Shown in pieces: positions 1 through 12,121 of a DNA stretch of 64,000 bases. The notes below the pieces were generated by a model. That model was given only the letters and a program-made list of their open reading frames with translations, made no database searches and was not told the DNA's origin. This stretch comes from Planktothrix sp. GU0601_MAG3 (GTDB lineage: Bacteria > Cyanobacteriota > Cyanobacteriia > Cyanobacteriales > Microcoleaceae), in the NCBI GenBank assembly GCA_035193785.1, contig CP136572.1, positions 4,564,578 to 4,628,577 on the forward strand, in the 5' to 3' direction. Both the position numbers and the translations under genes were made by a program. Positions within the stretch are counted from its first letter, which is position 1, and the number at the start of each line of letters is the position of its first letter.

Positions 1-189
1 CGCCACCTGACCTAACAGCACGGCTCCGGTAATCCGTCCCGCACAGGCCCACAGAATTAGTCCATAAAACAATCCTACTCCACTCCAGACAAAATCACTT
101 TTGCGGTGTACTTCTGGAAAGAAGAAGGCGGCCATATAAAGGCCAAAACTTGCTAAACCCACTGCGATCGCTAGAATATATGCCAGCAT
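1..189 (-). CDS. ycf66: Ycf66 family protein, 5' part (runs off the window edge)
   Basis: Manual translation from ATG at 189: MLAYILAIAVGLASFGLYMAAFFFPEVHRKSDFVWSGVGLFYGLILWACAGRITGAVLLGQVA, which resembles the Ycf66 N-terminal membrane domain. Confidence 0.8.
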   Translation of the reverse strand, partial: MLAYILAIAVGLASFGLYMAAFFFPEVHRKSDFVWSGVGLFYGLILWACAGRITGAVLLGQVA

Positions 190-231
190 TTTTCCCTCTC
201 ACTCTATCAAAAAACCTCTATTCTGTTATTT

Positions 232-287
232 TACCGTTAACTGTTGACGGTTAGCCGTTGAGGTGTTGACGATTGACTGTTGACGGT
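232..287. repeat. Degenerate heptamer tandem repeat (CTGTTGA/CGGTTAG type STRR)
   Basis: accgttaactgttgacggttagccgttgaggtgttgacgattgactgttgacgg, with 7-bp periodicity. Confidence 0.5.
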
Positions 288-442
288 TTGTGATTCAGAT
301 CATTAATTATATGTGAATTCTATCACTTATAGACATTGTAGTGAATCATACTGCAAAGAAACATCGTCTTATTAATATAGATATAGATAGGATTCAAGGG
401 TGCGACTAGATTGTTTAGATTGTTTTGATGTGGGAGTTAATT

Positions 443-598
443 ATGTTAGAAAAATTATTGTTGGCTGCTTTTATTACCTTGTCTCTACATTTGCAATTTG
501 GTGTCAACTGGTTCGGCTCTAAACCAGGAGCTTCGGTAGGGGTAGCCTCTCAAATGCAAATGGAAAAAATTGTTCTGTCCCCAGGCTTGACCAAGTAG
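443..598 (+). CDS. Small hypothetical protein (51 aa) with a hydrophobic, signal-like N-terminus
   Basis: GGGAG RBS at 432-436; MLEKLLLAAFITLSLHLQFGVNWFGSKPGASVGVASQMQMEKIVLSPGLTK*; below the ORF-track cutoff. Confidence 0.55.
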   Translation: MLEKLLLAAFITLSLHLQFGVNWFGSKPGASVGVASQMQMEKIVLSPGLTK

Positions 599-815
599 AT
601 TCCGCTAATCAAGGCTATTTTAGGGACTAAACAATCCCTCTATCCTGTAGATAGAGGTTCCCTGAAAATTTGGCTTTCTTTTATGAAAATTTTCTCATCA
701 AGATTTCATTTTTAGCTTATCCTAAATCGTTTTAAACTTTCTCCCACAAATCCCGGTTTCCCATTGTCCATTTCCCTTTTCTATAATAAATTTTTGCTCC
801 AAATTCCTCCGTTTT

Positions 816-1883
816 TTAGCCGGTCTCCACAGATTCAGAAGCGGGGTTTTGTAAAATAGTGATTAAGGATTTGATAAAACTGGCTAGGGGAACTGCAATA
901 ATTAATCCGAGAAATCCGGCGATTCTAGCACCAATTAGGAGAGAAAGTAAAATTAAAACCGGGTTTAATCCGGTAAATCCCCCTAATAACCGAGGCGCAA
1001 TACCATTTTCTATAATTTGATCGACAATAATTGCTGTAATTAAAACTTTTACCCCTAACCAAATACTATTTAAAGCTACTAAAAAGCAGACTAAACTAAT
1101 TCCTAAACTGGCTCCGAAGGGAAATAAAGCCATTACCCCAATTACCATACCAAATAATAGCCCAAAGGGAACTTGAATAATCACAAATGCTAAAGTCATC
1201 AGTATTCCTATCAGGGCGGCGACGGAGGCTTGACCAATTAAATAATTCTTAAAGTTTTTTTTGAGTGCTAAACGAATAGGGGTGCGAATTCGGACTGGAA
1301 AGAGTTTATATAAATCGTCCCAAAGCTGATCTCCATGTAATAATAGATAAAAGGTCATAGCGACCGTAATAACTAGATCTAATACTCGCCCAAACACCGT
1401 TATTACCCCGCCAATGACATCTCCGCCTAAACTCTGAACTTGACTCGATAATTTTTCTAAAAGCTGAGAGGTGACTCCTCCAATATTAACCGGAATATTA
1501 CGACTCATAGCCCAAGATTCTATGGTTTTAACCTGTTGGATTCCTGATTCAATCCAACTGGGAAGACGTTCTATTAAGGTATTAAACTGCTGGAAAATCA
1601 TGGGAATCAGGGTAATCCCTAAAATGCTCAGAATAATTAATGTGATCAATAAAACCCCTAAAATTGCAATTGTCCGTTTTAATCCATAGCTTTGTAATCG
1701 TTGTACGGGATAATCTAACAGAAATGATAATAGGGTAGCGGTGACAAAAATATTGATAATTGATTTAAAGTATTCTAACGTTAGTAATAATAGCCAACCG
1801 TTTAAAACTAAGGCTGGAATTGCTAAGGCTATAACTAATAATCGGAGCCACGAGTTTTTAGTGTTCATATAGCGTTTCACCAT
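816..1883 (-). CDS. AI-2E family transporter (PerM/UPF0118)
   Basis: Multi-TM 355 aa; motifs LLDYPV and DQIIENGIAPRLLGGFTGLNPV..GFLGLIIAVP. Confidence 0.9.
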   Translation of the reverse strand: MVKRYMNTKNSWLRLLVIALAIPALVLNGWLLLLTLEYFKSIINIFVTATLLSFLLDYPVQRLQSYGLKRTIAILGVLLITLIILSILGITLIPMIFQQFNTLIERLPSWIESGIQQVKTIESWAMSRNIPVNIGGVTSQLLEKLSSQVQSLGGDVIGGVITVFGRVLDLVITVAMTFYLLLHGDQLWDDLYKLFPVRIRTPIRLALKKNFKNYLIGQASVAALIGILMTLAFVIIQVPFGLLFGMVIGVMALFPFGASLGISLVCFLVALNSIWLGVKVLITAIIVDQIIENGIAPRLLGGFTGLNPVLILLSLLIGARIAGFLGLIIAVPLASFIKSLITILQNPASESVETG

Positions 1884-1920
1884 TGTTAACGATTGTTAAT
1901 CTGATCCGTTGGGTTGGGAC

Positions 1921-1949
1921 TTGACAAAAAATCCTGGGCAGGCTATTAT
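1921..1949 (+). promoter_or_regulatory. Sigma70-type promoter
   Basis: TTGACA-N17-TATTAT; no + strand ORF follows. Confidence 0.55.
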
Positions 1950-2059
1950 ATACTTATCGCTGGGCTGTCGTTCGCACCTACTCTTGATTAATTAATCAAC
2001 AACAATCCCATTACCCAGTTCCTGGTGGACAAATTCCTTGTGTTCCCCTGGGCTGAGGG

Positions 2060-3250
2060 TTAGGCCATAGTTTTTGCTAAAGCTGCTAACGGTAAACCTG
2101 GAGGATAAATCCCATCTTCCTTAATTTGGCGAATGTTAGCCTCTGGGATGGGAACTTTCAGATAGTTAGCCACCGAGCGTACCACATCCCCCCGATCAAT
2201 AATACCCGCTACGGCTCCAGCAGGGGATAGTGCCGTAATCCGGCGCAATTCTTGGTCTTCCATCAGATTAATCACCTCCACCAATGACGCTTTTTCCGAA
2301 ACCGTAATTAGTGTATTCAGAGGTTGCAGAATTTGATTTAAGGTTTGACTTTCCCATTGACTACGTTCAATCACGCGCAAAGCTTCCACAGAAACCAACC
2401 CCCGATAACGACCATGGGAAGAAGCAAAATATACCGGAACGGTCTCAACCCCAATTAAATATTCATCGGCGAATTGACGTAAACTCAAATCCGCATCTAC
2501 CACTCGAAACTCCCGGGTCATAGCGTCCCCGGCTTTAATATTAATTAAAGCTTCTTGTAGATCGGTGATGCGATTATAGGAAGCGGCATTTTGTAAGACA
2601 AACCAACCGATTAAAGCAATCCATAACCCGCCATAACTTCTGGCTAAAAAGACCGAAGATAGGCCCAAAGAAATAGCTAAAATGCCTAAAAATTGTCCCG
2701 TCCGCGCCGCCCAACGTACCCCGGTTAAGCGATTTCCCGTAATTTTCCAAACCGTGGCTTTAAGTACCTGTCCCCCATCGAGGGGTAAACCGGGAATTAA
2801 GTTAAATATCCCTAAAACCAAATTAATTCGGGCTAATTCCCTGACCACGGCATAAATTAAGCTGGAATTGGGTAATAGTTGGGCAAAGAGATTCAGAATA
2901 AAAAATAAGCTAAAACTCACTAAAGGGCCAGCGATCGCCACTTGGAACGCTTGGCCGGGGGTTTTTGATTCCTTATCAATAGAAGCTACTCCCCCAAACA
3001 AGAATAGAGTAATCGAGTTGACCCGAATTCCCTGGGATTGAGCCACCAAACTATGGCCGAGTTCGTGGAGTAATACCGAAGCAAATAATAAGAGTGCAAT
3101 TGCTAACCCAGCAACCCAAGATAGGGTTAGCCCCCACTCCGAATAACTCTGGCGATTGGCGACTGTGAACAGCAAAACAATCACCAACCAAGAAGAATCA
3201 ACAAAGAAGGGAATTCCAAATAATGATCCAATCCGCCAACCTGCCTGCAT
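2060..3250 (-). CDS. Site-2 protease (peptidase M50) with C-terminal CBS pair
   Basis: HELGH zinc motif, AIAGP, FNLIPGLPLDGG, followed by CBS-like repeats. Confidence 0.93.
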   Translation of the reverse strand: MQAGWRIGSLFGIPFFVDSSWLVIVLLFTVANRQSYSEWGLTLSWVAGLAIALLLFASVLLHELGHSLVAQSQGIRVNSITLFLFGGVASIDKESKTPGQAFQVAIAGPLVSFSLFFILNLFAQLLPNSSLIYAVVRELARINLVLGIFNLIPGLPLDGGQVLKATVWKITGNRLTGVRWAARTGQFLGILAISLGLSSVFLARSYGGLWIALIGWFVLQNAASYNRITDLQEALINIKAGDAMTREFRVVDADLSLRQFADEYLIGVETVPVYFASSHGRYRGLVSVEALRVIERSQWESQTLNQILQPLNTLITVSEKASLVEVINLMEDQELRRITALSPAGAVAGIIDRGDVVRSVANYLKVPIPEANIRQIKEDGIYPPGLPLAALAKTMA

Positions 3251-3394
3251 GAGATGTCTTTGACTCCATTTATTTCATTCTAACGATCTGATGTCTGTGA
3301 TTACCGACCCCAGCCAAAAAATAGTCTGGAAAATTGCGACAGCCTTTACGGTATGATTGGGGTCAATAGAAACATCTATCTAGTCAAACTTTAG

Positions 3395-4451
<1,057 letters not shown>

Positions 4452-4477
4452 ATTTAATTTGGACACCGGGCAGGGTT

Positions 4478-5506
4478 TTAACTCCCTGTTATCGGTGAAA
4501 AATGCTGAAATCCTCGACTCAAGGATAGTTTTTCAACGGTTGAGGGTTCAGCATCATCCATTAATAAAATATCTGAGTTAGCAGTAATTTCGCCAATAAT
4601 TGCGGCGTCGCTTCCTAATTGTTGAACCAGTTTTTCCGCCCCATCCGCAGCCACAGATAACACCAATTGAAAGTCTTCTCCCCCATATAAAGCCCATTCT
4701 AATGTCTGCCCAGGGGAAACGAAGGTTTTTAAAGCTTGAGAAATCGGAATTTGAGGACGTTGAATTTTAGCCCCGACTTGACTTCCTCGACAGATTTGGA
4801 CAATCGCATCGGCCAGTCCATCGCTACTATCCATTCCCGCAATTCTGGTGTCGGGATGGGAGACTAACCAGCTTTGCAATTTTGGGACAAGATCCAGACG
4901 GGGTTGGGGCCGTTGGTGGGCTTGGATGAGGGATAAACGCTGATCAGAAGTTAATTCGGTTCCCAATTCGGGATGGAGGAGTAATTCTAATCCGGCGCGG
5001 GAGTCGCCATGATCTCCAGTCACGATAATTCTATCCCCAGGACGGGCAACCGAACGCCGAATTGCTAATTTTGGGTTTACCCTTCCAAACGCCGTAATAG
5101 AAATACAAGTTACCGCCGACCGACAAATATCCCCGCCCACAATTGGGGTCTGATACTGATTTAAACAGGCGGTTAATCCTTGATAAAGTTGTTCAACCCA
5201 AGTAACGGTTTTATTACCTGTTATTCCTAAAGCGACGGTAATTCCTATGGGAAAAGCACCCATCGCCGCCAGGTCGGATAAATTAACCGCAGCCCCACGC
5301 CAACCCACATCAAATGGTGATGTAGTGCGATCGCTAAAATGCACTTCATCTACTAACATATCCGTGGTAATTACTAAGGATTCATCCCCAGAAACCGCCA
5401 AAATTGCCGCATCATCCCCCACAATTTCCCAGGGACAAAAACCCTTCACAATTTCCAGTAAACCCTGTTCTCCAATATCTTTAATTAGCATCTCCCCATC
5501 ACCCAT
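4478..5506 (-). CDS. thiL: Thiamine-monophosphate kinase (likely start MLIKD at 5491)
   Basis: GDDAA, TTDMLVDEVHF, NLSDLAAMGA, MDSSDGL, GGEDFQL. Confidence 0.95.
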   Translation of the reverse strand: MGDGEMLIKDIGEQGLLEIVKGFCPWEIVGDDAAILAVSGDESLVITTDMLVDEVHFSDRTTSPFDVGWRGAAVNLSDLAAMGAFPIGITVALGITGNKTVTWVEQLYQGLTACLNQYQTPIVGGDICRSAVTCISITAFGRVNPKLAIRRSVARPGDRIIVTGDHGDSRAGLELLLHPELGTELTSDQRLSLIQAHQRPQPRLDLVPKLQSWLVSHPDTRIAGMDSSDGLADAIVQICRGSQVGAKIQRPQIPISQALKTFVSPGQTLEWALYGGEDFQLVLSVAADGAEKLVQQLGSDAAIIGEITANSDILLMDDAEPSTVEKLSLSRGFQHFSPITGS

Positions 5507-5554
5507 TATTTATTACCTATTCCCCATTCGTAATTCGTAATTCGTAATTCCCCA

Positions 5555-7037
5555 TTACACCAATGCTCTTAATAAAGCCTGTAACTTTAACTGAATTTCA
5601 GCCACTTCTTTTTCCGGTTCTGAACCCGCAACAATTCCGGCTCCCGCATAGAGTCTAGCACGATTTCCGTCTAATAAAGCCGAACGAATCCCCACCACAA
5701 ATTCCCCATTTCCTTGATGATCAATCCAACCAATGGGGGCGGCATAAAGAGAGCGATCAAAATTTTCATAATTATGGATATGTTGTTGGGCAATATCCCT
5801 GGGAGTTCCCGCCACGGCTGGAGTTGGATGTAATTGTGATAGGATTTCCAAGAGATGAATATTGGTTGAAACTTGACATTTAATCGGTGTCCAAAGGTGT
5901 TGAATATTGGTGAGTTGTCTTAAACAAGGTAAATCCGTTAAATCCGGGGTTAAACCCAAACTTAATAACCGTTCGATGATAAAATCTACTACTACTTGAT
6001 GTTCTCGTAGATTCTTTTCACTATTGAGTAATTCTTGACCTAAATTAATATCTTCGATTGGTGTTTTCCCGCGAGGGGCTGAAACCCGCCAAGGCATCAG
6101 TAATTAATTGATTATTTTTTAGACTAATTAATCTTTCTGGACTAGCTCCAATAAACTGTTGACCCTTGCCATTCCCCGTTGAGAAAATATAGCAATCAGG
6201 ATATAAAACCCTTAAATTATTTAAAGAATTAATTAAATTAAAGGGAGTTTTAGACACCACATCAATCGGTTGAGACAGGACTAATTTTTTTAAAGATTTA
6301 GATTTAATTAAATCTAAAGCAGAATGGACAGACTGTTTAAATTGTAAATAGGGTTTAGGGTCGGTTTCGACTTGTTGGGTTAATAATAAACTAGAGTTTT
6401 TACTGGTAACAGAAGGGATTAAGGTAGTTTTTAACCCATTGATTTGTTGACTTTTATACCAAACATCACTCAAAATATTTTCAATTTTAGAGTTTTTCTT
6501 CAAAACAATATTAACAATCAAAATACAGCGATTTTTTTTTCTGATTACTTGCCATTTGGGTAAAAATATGGTAGTGGGCGGAAAATGTTTATTTTCCGGT
6601 TCAACTGAAGGATTCTGTCCGCAATTCAAGGATAAATCAGGATTAAAATATTGGTCAAAAAAAGTAAAACTACAGCAAAAATAAGGCTTAGGTAAATGGC
6701 TATTTTTAGAACCAATAATAACGGTTTTATCCAAACAAGATTGAATAAATTTTTGCGCTTCAAAAAACCTATTTTTTCCAGCCGTGGTAAATTTTATAGC
6801 CGTATCAACCGCCACAAAGGACTCCTCAAATTGAGGTTTTTCAAAATAAAAATGAATTAAATTAGGATGATAAAATTGCTGTAAAATTGCTAAAGGATCA
6901 ATCCATTGAATTTCATGGGCAATACTCAGAATTTTAGTCTGATAGTCCTGTAATCCATAATTTTGAAACTCTAACAAAAAACGATGCAGTTCTTGGCGAT
7001 CTTGCAATAACGGGGTTGCAGAAGGAAAAACTGGCAT
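5555..7037 (-). CDS. menF: Isochorismate synthase (frameshift at ~6083)
   Basis: FIGASPERL, ALAG-SAPRG, EKNLREHQVV, LHPTPAVAG, IRSAL, YAGAGIV; within the men cluster. Confidence 0.92.
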
Positions 7038-7356
7038 ATAAAAAATGAACAAAAAAAGGTTAAAATGGGGGAAACTGTCACCGAAAAATAGTCAACCCAT
7101 GTTATTTTAATCTATGTTAACGACTTTCAGAGTCATTTACCCCTTATTCATAATCTCCCCTCTAAAAATATTGCCCTCAGTCTGTAAAAAAAGTTCATAA
7201 TTGAATTATTTTTCCCCGCCCCGGCTTTCCCCCCGCCCTGGTGTTTTCCCCTGTCCTGGTGTTTCCCTGACTTCCCTAGCGGAATCTTTTGGCACTTCTC
7301 TAGCCTATCAGATAGTGTTATGGGACAATAAACCCGTTAAACCTCCGCGACTTGCT

Positions 7357-8257
7357 ATGACCACAGAATTAATTACAACCTCAAAAAATAAATTATGGTT
7401 AGCGGCAATTAAACCTCCAATGTATAGTGTGGCAATTATGCCAATTTGGGTGGGAAACTGCTGTTGCTATCTTTGAAACTTCTACGATTAATTGGAAAAT
7501 TTTTACCACCTTTATTACATCGGCGATTTTGATTTTAGCTTGGGAAAATATTCTCAATGATGTCTTTGACTCGGAAACGGGAATTGACAAAAATAAACAT
7601 CATTCTTTAGTTAATCTAACTGCAAATAAATCCCTAGTTCTAGCCCTGGGAAATAGCTGTTTAGCCCTAGCAATTTTGGGTTTATTAGTGATTTGTTGGT
7701 GGCAACGGGATCTAACGGTTTTAGGCTTAATTCTCCTCTGTTGTGGCCTAGGTTATTTATATCAGGGGCCGCCATTTCGATTGGGTTATCAAGGTTTAGG
7801 GGAGTTTTTATGTTTCTTTGCCTTTGGGCCCTTGGGAGTTTCCGCCGCCTATTATAGTCAAACTCAAAACTGGTCTTGGGTCTGTTTAGCCACATCAATT
7901 ATTGTGGCAATTCCGATTACTTTAGTTCTCTTTTGTTCCCATTTTCATCAAGTCGAAGATGATATAAATGCGGGGAAAAAGTCTCCAATTGTTCGTTTGG
8001 GAACGGAACGGGGGGCAAAACTTTTACCTTGGTTTTGTGGTAGTATTTTTATTCTGACGGGTGGGTTTGTCCTCTTGGGAATATTCCCGATTTGGACTCT
8101 CCTAAGTTTTGTGGCGATTCCTTCTGCGATTAAACTCTGTCGCCATGTTAGTCAATACCATAATCAACCGAACTTAGTCAGCAATTCCAAGTTTATTGCC
8201 ATTTCAGTTCAGTTTTGGAGTGGTTTACTTTTAGGCGTGGGTTTTATTTTACATTAA
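7357..8257 (+). CDS. menA: 1,4-dihydroxy-2-naphthoate phytyltransferase (frameshift at ~7457)
   Basis: LWLAAIKPPMYSVA, NDVFDSETGID, YQGPPFRLGY, HFHQVEDD (UbiA family). Confidence 0.92.
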
Positions 8258-8320
8258 TTGAATTTATTGTTAGGGTGGGTCAATTCCACCCAGAACAAAA
8301 AATTAACTAGAGGTTAAATA

Positions 8321-8737
8321 ATGATGCAGTTTATTCCCTTAATTGGCAGAACATTTTTAGCAACAATTTTTATACACGCTGCTATTAATAAAATTTTTGA
8401 TTTTGCCGATACTCAAACCATGATGACAGAAAAAGGACTACCCTTGGCTGGGATATTATTAGGAGGAACTATTGTTTTTCAAATTTTGGGCGGATTATCG
8501 TTAGTATTAGGTTATAAAACTCGTTTAGGCGCTTGGCTTTTAATTCTATTTTTAATTCCGGCAACTGTAGTCTTTCATAATTTTTGGAGTGTTCCCGCAG
8601 AAAAAATTGATTTCTTAAAGAATTTATCCATTATGGGCGGGTTACTAATGATTACCTATTTTGGGGCCGGGCCAGTTAGTGTTGATGAACATATTAGCAT
8701 GAGTAATACTGATTTTACTGATCCTGATAACCCATAA
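8321..8737 (+). CDS. DoxX family membrane protein
   Basis: GR..LA.IF, GGLSLVLGYKTR.GA, FLKNLSIMGGLL. Confidence 0.88.
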   Translation: MMQFIPLIGRTFLATIFIHAAINKIFDFADTQTMMTEKGLPLAGILLGGTIVFQILGGLSLVLGYKTRLGAWLLILFLIPATVVFHNFWSVPAEKIDFLKNLSIMGGLLMITYFGAGPVSVDEHISMSNTDFTDPDNP

Positions 8738-10083
8738 CCAATTCTTGAATCTGTTTTTGATTGATTTTTCCTTGAGAATTGCGAGGTAATTGTTCTACAG
8801 AAATCCATAATTTAGGATGTTTAAATTTAGATAATTTTCCTAAAATTGCTTGTTTCTAATTCAACCTCTGAAAGCCGTTGATAATTAGTAACATACACCG
8901 CCACCACGATTTCACCCCAATATTGATCAGGTTTTCCAATCACACAAATATCCTTAACCAAACCCGTAGAAAGAATTACCGCTTCTACTTCGGCAGGAAA
9001 TACATTTTCTCCCCCAGTAATAATTTTATTACTTTGTCTCCCCACTAAGGTTAAATATCCCTGTTCATCCCCATAACCTAAATCATCGGTTTTAAAGCTA
9101 TTAATTCGTAAGTTGGGATCAAAATTATCTTGATAGTATCCTAACATTAAAGAATTGGATTTAATTTTAATTATTCCTGGTTGGTTTGTTTTTAATTCTT
9201 CTCCATTCTCATTATAGATTTTAATTTTAGCATGGGGTAGAATGTTTCCACAACTATTATTACCGCGCAAAAAATCCGAGGGTTTTAAAGTAACAATTTG
9301 GGAGGCGGTTTCTGTCATTCCATAAGTTAATGCTAGGGGAATTTGATGTAAACGACTTTGTTCTAATAATTCTAACCAAAGGGGTGCTCCTCCTAATAAT
9401 ACTATCTGAAATTTAGATAACCAATTAGTTAAGGAGGGAGATTGTAATAAACGGTGTAATTGAGTCGGAACTAAAGAGATAAAATAGTTAGTAGGATTAA
9501 AATTAATCCATTCTTCTGCTGCTACGGTTTTAAAAGAAGTTATTATCAATTGTCCATCTGTTAAAAGCGATCGCATCCACTGCATTAATCCGCTAACATG
9601 ATAAAGAGGTAAAGTACAAAAACAATTAATAGTAGGGGTCTGAAAATATTGCTGGACACCTATAACTGAAGCGGTTAAACTATCCCAATTATGGACAGTA
9701 AACTTGATGTTTCCCGATGTTCCTCCGGTGGGAATCATAATCAAATCTTGGAGAATTTCATAATTAGAATTTAATGGTTTTTGATAGTCAGAAATTTGAC
9801 CTTGAGAAATTAATAAATTAGGTTGAACTAATTGATAAACTTGCGTCCATTCCCGTTGTCCCCATTGAGGATTACATAAAAAAACCGGACATTTTGCTAT
9901 CACCGCAGCAAGAAAAGCCGATAAAAATAAAATTGGATCAGATTCTGATATTAGAATTTTAGGATAATTTTTATTTGAATTAATCCATAGATTAATATTT
10001 TGTAAATGATTTTTATAAATATCTATTAAACGGTCTTTGTTATTTAAAATTAATCCATTTTGGATTTTATCAATTAGATTCAT
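8715..10083 (-). CDS. menE: O-succinylbenzoate-CoA ligase (frameshift at ~8853)
   Basis: PTGGTSG AMP-binding loop, YGMTETAS, TGGENVFPAEVE; C-terminus KFKHPK..LPRNSQGK found manually in the shifted frame, stop at 8715. Confidence 0.9.
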
Positions 10084-10099
10084 ATTTAACCCGGTTGAT

Positions 10100-11150
10100 A
10101 TCCCCCCAAATCCCCCCTTCGGCAAGCTCAGGGCAGGCATTAAAAAGGGTGACTTTGAATATTAAATACATCTTAACCCGTAGGGGCGGGTTCCACAATA
10201 ATATTTGATAATAACAAGCAATCTAAATAAACCCACCCCACCCGATCTAGCCCTGACAAAGTTTTCTGTAGGGGCGGGTTCCACAATAATATTTGACAAT
10301 AATAAACAATCTAAATAAACCCGCCCAACCCCATAAAAAATCCCATTAATCGTTAAATCTTGGCTGGTTCGGGGCGGGTTCCACAATAATATTTGACAAT
10401 AATAAACAATCTAAATAAACCCGCCCAACCCCATAAAAAATTCCATTAATCGTTAAATCTTGGCTGGTTTGGGGCGGGTTTAGATAATTTTGGGGTGGGA
10501 ATTTAAGATGGACTTGAACCCGCCCCTACGGGTTTTTGAGCAGATTTTGAACAATTTTGATAATAATAAACAATCTAAATAAACCCGCCCAACCCCATAA
10601 AAAATTCCATTAATCGTTAATTATTAGCTGGGTTCGGGGCGGGTTTAGATAATTTTTGGGTGGGAATTTAAGATAGACTTGAACCCGCCCCTACGGGATT
10701 TTTATTTTGAGCAGATTTTGAACAATATTGTTTATAATTAGCCAGAATATTTGATACCTAAGTAAACTCATCCCACCCGATCTAGCCCTGACAAAGTTTT
10801 CTGTAGGGGCGGGTTCCACAATAATATTTGACAATAATAAACAATCTAAATAAACCCGCCCAACCCCATAAAAAATTCCATTAATAGTTAATTCTTGGCT
10901 GAGTTTGGGGCGGGTTTAGATAGTTTTGGGGTGGGAATTTAAGATAGACTTGAACCCGCCCCTACGGGTTTTTGAGCAGATTTTGAACAATTTTGATAAT
11001 AATAAACAATCTAAATAAACCCGCCCAACCCCATAAAAATTCCATTAATAGTTAAATATTGGCTGGTTTGGGGCGGGTTTAGATAGTTTTTGGGTGGGAA
11101 TTTGAGATGGACTTGAAACCCGCCCCTACGGGTTTTTGAGCAGATTTTCA
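10100..11150. repeat. ~1 kb mosaic cluster of GTAG-type REP/REPIN elements
   Basis: Recurrent GTAGGGGCGGGTT...AACCCGCCCCTAC inverted pairs and at least 5 copies of ataataaacaatctaaataaacccgcccaaccccataaaaa. Confidence 0.85.
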
Positions 11151-11167
11151 AGGAGTACCGCCAGCAG

Positions 11168-12121
11168 TTAGGAGATAAACCAATGATTAATTCCAAATCC
11201 CACCGCCCGATTATATAATAATATTTCAGAGGCAATTTTTAAAGCGGAATTTTGACCAATATCGGTTTCAAAAACCGAGGAAAAAACCGTATCGATTTGA
11301 TTATTTTGGCAAAAGTTATTGAGTTTCTGGGGAGATCCAAAAATAGCAGGTTTGATCACAAAAATATTAGACCATCCTTGTTGATAACAATGGGTTAATT
11401 GTTGTAAATTAGCAACGGATTCATCTAAGGCGAGGGGGGTAGAATAGCGATCGCATAATTCTAACATTAAATCTAATTGATCAATAGATAAGGGTTGTTC
11501 TAAAAATTCAATTTTAATCAATTCTTGATTAATATTAATTAAATCACAGGTTTCTAACCATTTTTGCGCCTGGTCAAAGGTTAAACCGCCATTTGCATCT
11601 AATCTGAGACTGATTTTCAGAAACCCGGTTTCTAAGGTTTCAGTTATACTATTAATTAACTGTTGAAAAATATTAATTTCTTCCGTAATATTATCAACGC
11701 CTATTTTCCATTTTAAAGTCTGATATCCTTGCTGAAATAGGGTTTCCCAAGTAGTTAATACCGTTTCTCCCGTTGGTAATAATCCGCTATATTGAAGTTT
11801 AGCTAAATCAAATAAACTGTTAGGATTTAATTCTATTAATGCAGACTCAAACCCAAATTGACAAGCGGGTAAACTGTCAGGAATATTAAAAATTGTTTCT
11901 GTTGAAATTAGACTGGGAATTTGTTGACAAAATGCGATCGCATCTTCTAAGGTTTCCGACCCAAACCAACTTAAAGGCGCAATTTCTCCCCATCCTATAT
12001 TACCGCGTTTATCGGTTAAACTTAAAATAATGCCTTCTCTAATATTCCAAATTCCGTGGGCGGTTTTGAGAGGAGTTTTAAATGGACGTTGATAGGTTTT
12101 AAATTGAAATTTATAATTCAT
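11168..12121 (-). CDS. menC: O-succinylbenzoate synthase
   Basis: Enolase superfamily: GEIAPL, KWKIG, LRLDANGG, EFLEQP, ALDES, VIKPA. Confidence 0.93.
   Translation of the reverse strand: MNYKFQFKTYQRPFKTPLKTAHGIWNIREGIILSLTDKRGNIGWGEIAPLSWFGSETLEDAIAFCQQIPSLISTETIFNIPDSLPACQFGFESALIELNPNSLFDLAKLQYSGLLPTGETVLTTWETLFQQGYQTLKWKIGVDNITEEINIFQQLINSITETLETGFLKISLRLDANGGLTFDQAQKWLETCDLININQELIKIEFLEQPLSIDQLDLMLELCDRYSTPLALDESVANLQQLTHCYQQGWSNIFVIKPAIFGSPQKLNNFCQNNQIDTVFSSVFETDIGQNSALKIASEILLYNRAVGFGINHWFIS

Noticed and set aside
10100..11150. Possible CRISPR array and small ORFs (10162-10386, 11011-11235)
   Set aside because: The intervening sequences are themselves repeated, and the ORFs are translations of REP DNA
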